From: Deltaproteobacteria bacterium
Lineage (GTDB): Bacteria > Desulfobacterota > DSM-4660 > Desulfatiglandales > B25-G16
Length of the DNA stretch: 42,825 bases
Reading direction: 5' to 3'
Assembly (NCBI GenBank): GCA_020351915.1
Contig: CP070673.1
Span: 4,986,278 to 5,029,102 of the forward strand
Part shown: one piece after another, positions 19,882 through 30,189 of the stretch
Position numbering within the stretch: position 1 is the stretch's first letter
How the letters are laid out: the number at the start of each line of letters is the position of its first letter
The notes under the pieces: model-generated
What the model was told of the DNA's origin: nothing
The model's database searches: none
Seen by the model: the letters and a program-made list of their open reading frames with translations, nothing else
Position numbers and translations under genes: made by a program

Positions 19882-20160
19882 TTAGAACGTTACCCTGAAT
19901 GAGTCAAACTCCCCGGTATAATCTTCCCTGATTTCATGGACCTTTGTTACTCTGGCTATTGGAGGGCCATGATGGCACCACGCTATTAATGTTTCAACCT
20001 TTTCCCTGGAACCTTCAGCAACGACTTCAACGCTTCCATCAAGCCGGTTTTTTACCCAACCGTACAGGCCTAGTCTGGTTGCTTCCTGTCTCGTCGTTTC
20101 TCGAAACCAGACACCCTGAACCCTTCCTTCGATGATGAGATGAGCCCTGATAGTGTCCAT
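19882..20160 (-). CDS. acyP: Acylphosphatase
   Basis: GRVQGVWFR and GWVKNRLDGSVE signatures; ATG 20160 follows the ligA stop. Confidence 0.95.
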   Translation of the reverse strand: MDTIRAHLIIEGRVQGVWFRETTRQEATRLGLYGWVKNRLDGSVEVVAEGSREKVETLIAWCHHGPPIARVTKVHEIREDYTGEFDSFRVTF

Positions 20161-20161
20161 T

Positions 20162-22207
<2,046 letters not shown>

Positions 22208-22299
22208 CTAATGAACTCCCCTCCTATCCGTTACCCCATAGCGGGGGTCCGCCGGAAAGACGGGCTTTCGAAAGGCCATGTCCCAAAAAAGGCGAAGGC

Positions 22300-23055
22300 T
22301 TACCCGCCATTCATACACAAATCGAGGAGTAAGTGTCCAGCATCTCTGCATACCTTTTTTAAGGTTTGAGATCCAACTCCGTCACGCCAGTCCAGAGAAA
22401 AGAGTTCATCCGATACAAGCAGCAAACCTGCAATTTCTACTGAACGATAGGCAGCAACGGTAATAAGCGAAGACATTTCCATCTCAACGGCCAACAAACC
22501 TCTTTTTCCATACGCTAGAACCTTTTTCTCTGTTTCGCGGTAAATGGCATCCGTTGTCCAAACCGGCCCCTTTTTGAAAGGGAGCTCGGCTTTTACCAGG
22601 GCATCTTCAAGCCGCTTGTTGAGAAGAGCACTTGTCTGTTTTTTTTCTCCGTCCACAGGATAATGTGCTGAGGTACCTTCTTCTGAGAGAGCGGTGGTGG
22701 GAATCACTATGTCACCTACAAGAAGATGCGGCTGTAAAGAACCACACCATCCTAATACCCAGACCCTCTTTGCACCTAAGGCTATGAGTTTTTCCATGAC
22801 CATCACCCCTTGGGGTGCACCTAAGAGAGGGCCTGCCAGCGCAAGGGGAGGATTTTTCCCTCTTTTGGCTAAAAAGAGCTTGAAGGGGCTCAGGGTTTTT
22901 GGGGCAACTCTCTCAGCATGAGCGAGATCAACCATAAACATAAGATCAGATGGAATGGCAACCATAATAGCGTCTGGACCAAGGAGCGGTTCCCCTTTTC
23001 CCCTCCTCGGCCTAATTATTGCCTTGTCATTGCTCAAAGCGTTTCTCTTCCTCAT
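22300..23055 (-). CDS. Nucleoside phosphorylase (PNP/UDP family)
   Basis: GAP, LGWCGSL, EEGTSAHY, WTTDAIYRET, VEME, VSD; exact start uncertain. Confidence 0.88.
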   Translation of the reverse strand: MRKRNALSNDKAIIRPRRGKGEPLLGPDAIMVAIPSDLMFMVDLAHAERVAPKTLSPFKLFLAKRGKNPPLALAGPLLGAPQGVMVMEKLIALGAKRVWVLGWCGSLQPHLLVGDIVIPTTALSEEGTSAHYPVDGEKKQTSALLNKRLEDALVKAELPFKKGPVWTTDAIYRETEKKVLAYGKRGLLAVEMEMSSLITVAAYRSVEIAGLLLVSDELFSLDWRDGVGSQTLKKVCRDAGHLLLDLCMNGG

Positions 23056-23135
23056 AACAGTACTGTACGATTGTAAAACCAATGGTAGCCAAAATGCAAC
23101 CGGAAACAGGACACTTCAGAGATGTCACTCGTCAA

Positions 23136-23331
23136 CAGGCTGTTGCCGAAATCCCTTTTCTCATGGTCTAAAACGTTTTCTGATAAATCTAAGGCTCGCT
23201 CCAGGCGATGTAAAAACTCGCCTTTAGGGCTCAAACAGTTGACAGCGCTTATCTTCCACTTCGCCAAGGGTTTTTTGGCAAAAAACGTTTTAATGACCGC
23301 CCAAAGAGATTTCCGTTTGGGCAACAGCCCG
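23136..23331. mobile_element. MITE copy 2 (196 bp, opposite orientation to copy 1)
   Basis: TIRs CAGGCTGTTGCC / GGCAACAGCCCG; direct repeat TCAA at 23132-23135 and 23332-23335; internally quasi-palindromic. Confidence 0.88.
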
Positions 23332-23498
23332 TCAAGGCCTTTCCAATGGCTCCGCCTTGGGGTGGAACCATGACTGAGGGACGCCACCGATACTCACGCC
23401 ACATCGTTGAAAAAGAGAGATCCGTTTTGCTCAATCACCACCGGCGAGTTGCATTTGCTCAAGGGTTCGTGGATTTCCTTTCCCCGAGCAGTAATCAT
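23332..23498 (-). other. Candidate small protein with in-frame TGA (possible selenoprotein), 3' end interrupted by the MITE
   Basis: ATG 23498: MITARGKEIHEPLSKCNSPVVIEQNGSLFFNDVA-TGA(23396-23394)-VSVASLSHGSTPRRSHWKGLD; removing the MITE restores ...GLDE-stop. Confidence 0.35.
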
Positions 23499-23516
23499 AG
23501 ATACCAGAGGATTTTG

Positions 23517-23545
23517 TTGACAAAAATGAGAAAAAACAATAGCAT
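23517..23545 (+). promoter_or_regulatory. Putative sigma70 promoter of ffh
   Basis: TTGACA-17 nt-TAGCAT, ending 29 nt before the ffh ATG. Confidence 0.6.
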
Positions 23546-23573
23546 GAACAAAGAATATCAATGATTTTCGACT

Positions 23574-24905
23574 ATGTTTGAACTGTTAACTGAAAAACTG
23601 AGTCGCGTGTTCAGAGATTTGACGGGCCGGGGGAGATTGAGCGAAAAGAATATTCAAGACGCCCTGAAGAGCATCCGGCTTGCCCTTCTTGAAGCAGATG
23701 TAAACTATAAGGTGGTGAAGAGTTTCCTTGAAGAAATAAGGCAGCGGGCTCTCGGACAAGAGGTAAGGGAAAGCCTTACCCCTGGTCAACAGGTAATAAA
23801 GATAGTAAATGAAGAGCTTAGCAAGCTCATGGGAGGCGGAAGGAGGGATCTGGAGCTCAGTGGTAAGAGGCCCCTGAGTTTGATGCTTGTTGGTCTTCAG
23901 GGTTCTGGTAAGACAACAACTGCCGGTAAGTTGGCCATCCACCTCAGAAAACAGGGATACCACCCCTATCTGGTGCCAGTAGATGTCAACAGGCCAGCTG
24001 CCGTTGAGCAACTTTCCCGGATAGGGGAAGAGATCAATATCCCGGTTCATCCTTCAGATACGAGGCAAAGTGCTGAAGACATCTGTCAGAGCGCCGTCAA
24101 TAAAGCATCAGAGACTGGGACGGATATATTGATTATCGATACCGCTGGCAGACTCCACATCGACGAACAGTTAATGGAAGAGCTTTCCAGGATGAAGGAT
24201 GCGGTCCATCCTTCGGAGACTCTTTTGGTTGCTGATGCTATGACTGGGCAAGACGCCGTGAACTTGGCGAAAAAATTTGACGAGGATCTTGATATCAGTG
24301 GAGTTATTCTATCAAAGATGGAAGGGGATGCCAGGGGGGGAGCAGCCCTTTCCATAATGGCGGTGACCAACAAGCCCATAAAATTTGTGGGTATGGGCGA
24401 AAAGCTGGATGCACTTGAGCCTTTCTATCCGGACAGGATGTCTTCTCGGATCCTGGGAATGGGGGACATCCTATCCCTGATTGACAAGGCAGAGGCTGAA
24501 TTTGACCAAAAGGAGGCACTGGAACTTGCAGAGAAGATCAGGAATGCTGAGTTTGATTTGGAGGATTTCAAAAAGCAACTTGCTGCTATCAAGAAGATGG
24601 GATCACTGGAACAGGTGCTCGGGATGATGCCCGGCATTGGGCAGATGATGAAGTTAGGGAAGGTGAATGCCGATAAAAAGGAGCTGATCAAGTCTGAGGC
24701 CATAATTAACTCTATGACCCCGGCGGAGAGAAGGGATTACCGGATCATAAGTGGCAGCAGGCGAAAAAGGATTGCACGGGGAAGTGGAACACGAGTTGAA
24801 GATGTGAATCGGCTCCTTAAGAATTTTGCTCAGACAAGAAGCATGCTTAAAAAACTGAAACGAGGGGGTTTAAGAGATTTATCTTCATTGGTGAGCCTCA
24901 GGTAA
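23574..24905 (+). CDS. ffh: Signal recognition particle protein Ffh
   Basis: GLQGSGKTT, DTAGR, DARGGAALS, M domain (IINSMT..ER, SRRKRIARGSG). Confidence 0.98.
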   Translation: MFELLTEKLSRVFRDLTGRGRLSEKNIQDALKSIRLALLEADVNYKVVKSFLEEIRQRALGQEVRESLTPGQQVIKIVNEELSKLMGGGRRDLELSGKRPLSLMLVGLQGSGKTTTAGKLAIHLRKQGYHPYLVPVDVNRPAAVEQLSRIGEEINIPVHPSDTRQSAEDICQSAVNKASETGTDILIIDTAGRLHIDEQLMEELSRMKDAVHPSETLLVADAMTGQDAVNLAKKFDEDLDISGVILSKMEGDARGGAALSIMAVTNKPIKFVGMGEKLDALEPFYPDRMSSRILGMGDILSLIDKAEAEFDQKEALELAEKIRNAEFDLEDFKKQLAAIKKMGSLEQVLGMMPGIGQMMKLGKVNADKKELIKSEAIINSMTPAERRDYRIISGSRRKRIARGSGTRVEDVNRLLKNFAQTRSMLKKLKRGGLRDLSSLVSLR

Positions 24906-25000
24906 ACCTCGGCCATAGTGCGGGCTGAAGGTGTGATGAAAAAGGGAAGGCACGAAAGAGCGTTTTCCTTGTCTCACATTTTTTCACAAATTCTTTCAGA

Positions 25001-25029
25001 TTGCACCATTCACAATTTTAGCGTATGAT
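25001..25029 (+). promoter_or_regulatory. Putative sigma70 promoter of the rpsP operon
   Basis: TTGCAC-17 nt-TATGAT upstream of rpsP. Confidence 0.6.
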
Positions 25030-25063
25030 AGTAATCTAACTAAACGGGGTGAGAACAGTAGAT

Positions 25064-25327
25064 ATGCCGGTGAGAATACGATTGACCAGGAAAGGGGCAA
25101 AAAAGAGACCATTTTACCGTATTGTGGCAGCAGATTCAGAGGCACCCAGGGATGGTAGGTTTCTTGAGGTTATAGGACACTACAATCCACAGACGGATCC
25201 AGCTCAAATAAGCATTGATGAAGAGAAGGTTACTAAGTGGCTTAGGAGGGGCGCAAAGGTCTCTGAAACGGTGAGGTCTCTTTTGCGGAAGAAGGAGATA
25301 TCCAAGGTTTCTTCGCAAACAAGCTAA
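25064..25327 (+). CDS. rpsP: 30S ribosomal protein S16
   Basis: [40 protein letters not shown]. Confidence 0.98.
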   Translation: MPVRIRLTRKGAKKRPFYRIVAADSEAPRDGRFLEVIGHYNPQTDPAQISIDEEKVTKWLRRGAKVSETVRSLLRKKEISKVSSQTS

Positions 25328-25367
25328 CTGGGTTTAATCAGAAATCGAGGTGAGGGGAATGATCGAG

Positions 25368-25598
25368 ATGAAAGACCTGATTGAATACATTGCAAAGGTT
25401 CTTGTGGATAATCCGGATGAGGTGAGGGTAACTGAACTTGAGGGAAAGCAGACCGCTGTGATTGAGCTGAGGGTCGCCAAAGAGGATTTGGGGAAAGTAA
25501 TCGGCAAGCAGGGAAGAACGGCCAGGGCAATGAGAACAATACTTGGTGCTGCCTCAACCAAGATGAAAAAGAGATCTGTCCTGGAGATCTTGGAGTAG
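25368..25598 (+). CDS. khpA: KH-domain RNA-binding protein KhpA (YlqC)
   Basis: [17 protein letters not shown]; position between rpsP and rimM. Confidence 0.93.
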   Translation: MKDLIEYIAKVLVDNPDEVRVTELEGKQTAVIELRVAKEDLGKVIGKQGRTARAMRTILGAASTKMKKRSVLEILE

Positions 25599-26126
25599 TT
25601 GAGCAAAGAAAAGCTTAGAGACCTAATTCTAATAGGTCATGTTATCCGTGCACACGGGTTGACCGGTCTACTCAGGATAGTTTCTTATGCTCAGTCACAG
25701 GAAACATTCCTCCAGGCCGGTTCTGTGTTTCTGAAGACAGGCCAAAACGAGCTGCATGAGGCCAAGGTTGTGTCTGTACGGCCCCACCGTTCCTGGTATC
25801 TTCTGCAATTGTCAGGCCTGGATTCAGTTGAGCAGGTTGAAATTTTTAAGGGCGCCGAGATACTAATCCGGAAAGACTCTCTGATTGAAACAGGTGAGAA
25901 TGAGTTTTTTTGGTACGAACTTTTAGGATTGGAGGTATATCTGACGACCGGTGAATACCTTGGGGCTCTTAAGGAAATATTTCCTACAGGGAGCAATGAC
26001 GTGTACGTGGTTGAAAATCAGGGCAAAGAATTCCTAATCCCCGCCATTCACCAGGTTGTTAAGGAGATTGACATACCTCAAAAGCGAATGGTTATTTCAC
26101 CTATGAAGGGCTTGTTAGATCTCTAA
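25599..26126 (+). CDS. rimM: Ribosome maturation factor RimM
   Basis: IGHVIRAHGLTG, EFFWYELLG, TGSNDVYV, LIPAI; synteny. Confidence 0.96.
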   Translation: MSKEKLRDLILIGHVIRAHGLTGLLRIVSYAQSQETFLQAGSVFLKTGQNELHEAKVVSVRPHRSWYLLQLSGLDSVEQVEIFKGAEILIRKDSLIETGENEFFWYELLGLEVYLTTGEYLGALKEIFPTGSNDVYVVENQGKEFLIPAIHQVVKEIDIPQKRMVISPMKGLLDL

Positions 26127-26902
26127 TGAGATTTGATATTCTTTCAATATTTCCGGAAATGTTTGCGTCCCTGATTGATTATGGAATCATTGGGCGAGCT
26201 CTAAAACGGGGGCAGATACAGATAAACTTGGTTAATTTAAGAGATTTTGCTGAAGAGCCCCATTTAGTGACTGATGACAGGCCCTTTGGAGGTGGCGACG
26301 GTATGGTTATGAAACCGGAGCCAATTGTCCGAGCCCTGGAATCAATTTCCACAGGTAAGGGAGAAAAAAGGGTCATCTTGCTGACACCTCAGGGTCAGCC
26401 TTTTACCCAATCAATAGCCCGGTGTCTAGCTACGCTTAAACAGATAGTGTTAGTGTGTGGACGATATGAGGGTGTGGATGAGCGAGTAAGATCCAGGTAT
26501 GTGGATACTGAAGTATCCATTGGCGACTACATTTTAACCGGAGGTGAGTTGCCAGCAATGGTTGTTGTAGATGCTGTAAGTCGATTGATCCCCGGTGTGC
26601 TTGGTGGGGCACGATCTAATCGTGAGGAATCCTTTGAGGATCACTTCCTGGAATATCCTCACTATACGAGGCCCCGGGTCTTTCAAGGGTTAGAAGTTCC
26701 GTCTGTCTTGCTGTCAGGTGATCACAGGAGGATCCAGCTTTGGAGAAGAACCCAGTCTATAAAGAGGACATTGGAGAGAAGACCTGATCTGTTGGAAAAG
26801 GCCTTTCTCAGTGAGGCAGACAAATGCATACTGGAGGAGCTAAAACAGAAACACGGGAAATCTTCGCACATTGGCGACCAGGAATCTGACCATGATCAAT
26901 AG
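26126..26902 (+). CDS. trmD: tRNA (guanine37-N1)-methyltransferase
   Basis: DDRPFGGGDGMVMKPEP, CGRYEGVDER, SIGDYILTGGE, YPHYTRP. Confidence 0.98.
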   Translation: MRFDILSIFPEMFASLIDYGIIGRALKRGQIQINLVNLRDFAEEPHLVTDDRPFGGGDGMVMKPEPIVRALESISTGKGEKRVILLTPQGQPFTQSIARCLATLKQIVLVCGRYEGVDERVRSRYVDTEVSIGDYILTGGELPAMVVVDAVSRLIPGVLGGARSNREESFEDHFLEYPHYTRPRVFQGLEVPSVLLSGDHRRIQLWRRTQSIKRTLERRPDLLEKAFLSEADKCILEELKQKHGKSSHIGDQESDHDQ

Positions 26903-27097
26903 ATGAAACCGGTGAAGGTTAGGCGAAGATTAACGAGATTCCGAATCCACACGAAGGCTCCAAACAGAGCCCCAGTAATGTACAGTCTATCCGGAATTCT
27001 TTTTGGGTTCAGAACACTCGTGACAGAGGTAAGGTTACTCGAGCGCGATAATAGGAGAGACGCCGGATACTGACCGCTCAATGAAGGCGGAAAAACC

Positions 27098-27676
27098 ATG
27101 ACATTTTATATTGGGCTCTTACATTATCCCGTGTATAACAAGAGGGGAGAGATCATTGCCTCAGCAATAACAAACCTAGATCTCCATGATTTGGCTCGGC
27201 TGGCAAAGACCTATGGAGCTGGAAGGTTCTACGTCATCACTCCTCTCGCCGACCAGCAAGATCTGGCTGAACGCATTTGTCAGCATTGGGTAAGCGGTTT
27301 TGGGGCACTCTACAATAAGGACAGGCAAGAGGCAATGTCTTTGATCTCAGTTGTTCCATCCCTTGAGAAATCGATGGAAGAGATCAAAGATAGGGAGGGT
27401 GAGCTACCGGCTCTAATGGTCACCGATGCAGGGAAAAACAAAAGAGAAAGAATCACCTACGAGATGGCGCGAGAGATAGTTGCTTCCACAAGGGTGATAA
27501 TGCTACTATTCGGTACTGCCTGGGGTATAGCTCAAGAGCTTATGAGAAAGGCAGATTATGTTTTAGCACCTATTGTGGGTGTATCTCAGTACAATCACCT
27601 TTCAGTCAGGGCAGCCGCTGCAATAACCTTGGATCGTTTGTTTTCCCGTTTTGCAGAGTCGCAAGGTGGTAGATGA
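27098..27676 (+). CDS. SPOUT-family RNA methyltransferase (DUF2168-like)
   Basis: LLHYPVYNK, TNLDLHDLAR, LLFGTAWG, YNHLSVRAA; usual neighbour of trmD. Confidence 0.9.
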   Translation: MTFYIGLLHYPVYNKRGEIIASAITNLDLHDLARLAKTYGAGRFYVITPLADQQDLAERICQHWVSGFGALYNKDRQEAMSLISVVPSLEKSMEEIKDREGELPALMVTDAGKNKRERITYEMAREIVASTRVIMLLFGTAWGIAQELMRKADYVLAPIVGVSQYNHLSVRAAAAITLDRLFSRFAESQGGR

Positions 27677-27700
27677 TTTAGAGTAAAGGAGAAACGTACA

Positions 27701-28045
27701 ATGGACCCGATAGAAATGGTGGAGAAACAAGAGATGAGAGTGGATCTTCCTCCCTTCAGGACGGGCGATACAGTCAGGGTACACAGTCGAATCAGAGAGG
27801 GGGACAAAGAGCGAATCCAGGTGTTTAAGGGAGTAGTTATTAGAAAAAGAAAGGGTAACACAGGAGCTACCTTCACTGTACGTAAGGTGTCGTACGGTGT
27901 GGGGGTTGAGAAGATCTTTGCTTTGCATTCTCCAACCATTGATAAAATAGAGGTGGTTTTCAAGGGAAAGGTAAGGAGATCACGGCTTTACTATTTGCGC
28001 GGCTTGAGAGGTAAGGCAGCTCGGCTCAAGGAACGAAGAACCTGA
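27701..28045 (+). CDS. rplS: 50S ribosomal protein L19
   Basis: [39 protein letters not shown]. Confidence 0.98.
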   Translation: MDPIEMVEKQEMRVDLPPFRTGDTVRVHSRIREGDKERIQVFKGVVIRKRKGNTGATFTVRKVSYGVGVEKIFALHSPTIDKIEVVFKGKVRRSRLYYLRGLRGKAARLKERRT

Positions 28046-28056
28046 TCCATATTTGC

Positions 28057-28653
28057 ATGGATAATCGCTTCTATGAATGTCAGGCCAGGCACGCAGGTTA
28101 TTCTTTAGTGGCTGGTATTGATGAAGCGGGGCGTGGCCCCTTGGCTGGCCCGGTCGTTGCTGCTGCTGTCATACTGCCCGAACATAGTGTGCTGGAAGGT
28201 GTTACCGATTCCAAAAAGATGTGTGAGAGGGCTCGCGAGCAGGCCTTTTCCTTTGTTGAAAGAGAGGCAATAGATATTTCCCTCTCGGTGGTAGGCTCAA
28301 AAGAGATTGACAGCATTAATATCCTTCAGGCTACTCGCAAGGCTATGAGGCAAGCAGTTTTGACGCTAGATCCGCAGCCTGACTATTTACTGATTGACGG
28401 AACTCACCCTGTTGATCTTCCCATTCACCAAAGGTGTATCACAAAAGGCGATCAGCTCTCTCTATCCATATCGGCTGCTTCTGTTTTGGCAAAGGTTTAC
28501 CGCGATAGCATTATGCGCAGCTACCATGTGCTGTATCCTCGGTATGGGTTTTCTTCGAACAAGGGGTATGGTACCTCCAGGCACATAGAGGCTCTCATGA
28601 GATATGGTCCCTGTCGTATTCATAGATTAAGCTTTAGACGTGTCCTCACATGA
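28057..28653 (+). CDS. rnhB: Ribonuclease HII
   Basis: GIDEAGRGPLAGPVVAAA, DSKK, LIDG, AASVLAKV, NKGYGT. Confidence 0.97.
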   Translation: MDNRFYECQARHAGYSLVAGIDEAGRGPLAGPVVAAAVILPEHSVLEGVTDSKKMCERAREQAFSFVEREAIDISLSVVGSKEIDSINILQATRKAMRQAVLTLDPQPDYLLIDGTHPVDLPIHQRCITKGDQLSLSISAASVLAKVYRDSIMRSYHVLYPRYGFSSNKGYGTSRHIEALMRYGPCRIHRLSFRRVLT

Positions 28654-29018
28654 CCAAAGAGAGAATTATCCTTGGAAAAATTGGCGAGGATCTGGCAAGG
28701 CAAAGACTTAAAGATCTTGGTTACCGGATCATCAAGGCAAACTATACGTGTGCCTTAGGTGAAATCGATTTGATTGCACGAGATGGTGATGTGCTGGTTT
28801 TTGTGGAGATCAAGACACGAAAAAAACAATCCCTGGGCTTTGCTAAAGAAGCGGTTACCAAGAGAAAACAGGTGAAACTTTCAAAGGTGGCTTTGGCCTA
28901 TATGAAGTACAACAATCTTTTGGGTAGTAAGGCGCGATTTGATGTGGTGGCCGTAGGAGTCAGTGAAGGAAAAAAGGAAATTGAGATCGTAAAGGATGCG
29001 TTTGAATTGGCCTACTAA
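28650..29018 (+). CDS. YraN (UPF0102) family protein
   Basis: GEDLA, GEIDLIA, FVEIKTR, RFDVV. Confidence 0.93.
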   Translation: MTKERIILGKIGEDLARQRLKDLGYRIIKANYTCALGEIDLIARDGDVLVFVEIKTRKKQSLGFAKEAVTKRKQVKLSKVALAYMKYNNLLGSKARFDVVAVGVSEGKKEIEIVKDAFELAY

Positions 29019-29094
29019 TCAAACGTCTTGGAATTTCTACAACTTACTGAAATTAGATGAGTTTTTTGAGGCTTGGTGTTTTTTGCCTCGTACC

Positions 29095-29421
29095 TGGAAT
29101 AATGGAGTATTGGAATGTCGAAGATCCCGTCTTTAGCGGGGTTGATTATGCAAGGAACTTTCACATTTAGTAACCCCTCTGCCAAGAGTTATCTTGCCAC
29201 CAAAAAAAACATTGCATTTCCCCCAAAACCCAGTATTCCAGAACTCCACCAATATTCCAATTGGGGCGAAGCCCCTCAGTTCTCTAAAGTGCCCTCAGTG
29301 ATCTAAAGTTGAAGGTGAGATGAAGTCAAAATGATTTGTTTCCACAATCTTAGGCACTTTAGGCCTGCCCGTCCCGCTCTACGGGACGAGGCGGGCGGGC
29401 ACTTGTAACTTTAGGCACTTA
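29095..29421. repeat. Composite intergenic repeat tract (two inverted short-tandem arrays plus hairpins)
   Basis: TGGAATAATGGAGTATTGGAATG ... TATTCCAGAACTCCACCAATATTCCA; CTAAAGTGCC...CTAAAGTT ... TTAGGCACTTTAGGC...AACTTTAGGCACTT; GC hairpin GCCCGTCCCG-CTCTA-CGGGACG near 29367-29388. Confidence 0.65.
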
Positions 29422-29424
29422 TCA

Positions 29425-30129
29425 ATGGTTTTCAAGAGAGGAAAAAACGGGTTAGCACCGGGCACCCTCTATATCGTTTCTACGCCCATAGGCAATCTTG
29501 AGGATATCACTTTGCGGGCCCTGAGGATTTTGAAGGAAGTGGCGTTGATCGCCGCTGAGAGTAGAGATCATAGCAGGAAGCTCTGCACGCATTACGGTAT
29601 CAAGACCCCTCTGACCAGCTATAATAGCCACAACCAGCACCATAAGGGACGTGTACTCCTCGAGAAGCTACACTCAGGGCTTGACATTGCCCTGGTGAGT
29701 GACGCAGGAACACCCGGGTTGTCAGATCCTGGTTCCAGGTTAATTTGGGAAGCCATCGATGCTGGCGTACCACTGGTGCCGGTTCCAGGTGTATCGGCTC
29801 CACTAACAGCACTCTGCATTTCAGGTTTGCCCACACACAGATTTGTGTTTGTTGGTTTTCTCTCCAACAAGAAAGGCAGACGCAGAAAAGAACTGGAAGG
29901 TCTAAAGCAGGAATGCCGTACCATGATTTTCTTTGAATCACCGCATCGATTGATCAAGATGCTGACTGATGTGTATGATATCCTGGGTGATAGGAAAATT
30001 GCCCTAGCCAAGGAGATGACCAAGATTTTTGAGGAGGTAAAGCGGGGATCAATCAGCGCTATCTTGTCCTCACTCGAGGACAAGGAGATTAGGGGTGAAT
30101 ATACAATAATTGTACAGGGGGCTGAGTAA
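29425..30129 (+). CDS. rsmI: 16S rRNA (cytidine1402-2'-O)-methyltransferase
   Basis: LYIVSTPIGNLEDITLRA, VSDAGTPGLSDPG, FFESPHR, KEMTKIFEE. Confidence 0.96.
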   Translation: MVFKRGKNGLAPGTLYIVSTPIGNLEDITLRALRILKEVALIAAESRDHSRKLCTHYGIKTPLTSYNSHNQHHKGRVLLEKLHSGLDIALVSDAGTPGLSDPGSRLIWEAIDAGVPLVPVPGVSAPLTALCISGLPTHRFVFVGFLSNKKGRRRKELEGLKQECRTMIFFESPHRLIKMLTDVYDILGDRKIALAKEMTKIFEEVKRGSISAILSSLEDKEIRGEYTIIVQGAE

Positions 30130-30151
30130 GGTGATAAACCCATCTCTGTTA

Positions 30152-30180
30152 TTGACAATCAATGATATTCCTATTAGATT
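30152..30180 (+). promoter_or_regulatory. Putative sigma70 promoter of the HPr-EI gene
   Basis: TTGACA-17 nt-TAGATT, ending 9 nt before ATG 30190. Confidence 0.55.
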
Positions 30181-30189
30181 TGAGACGTT

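Noticed and set aside
23340-23570. SRP RNA (ffs) next to ffh
   Set aside because: The conserved helix-8 pattern (CAGG...GGAA...AGCAG) was not found on either strand.
26903-27073. 56-codon ORF between trmD and the SPOUT gene
   Set aside because: Open and adjacent to the trmD stop, but no SD or recognisable motif; not supportable without homologues.
29095-29421. CRISPR array
   Set aside because: Units are 8-9 nt, degenerate and inverted, with no regular repeat-spacer period and no cas genes.
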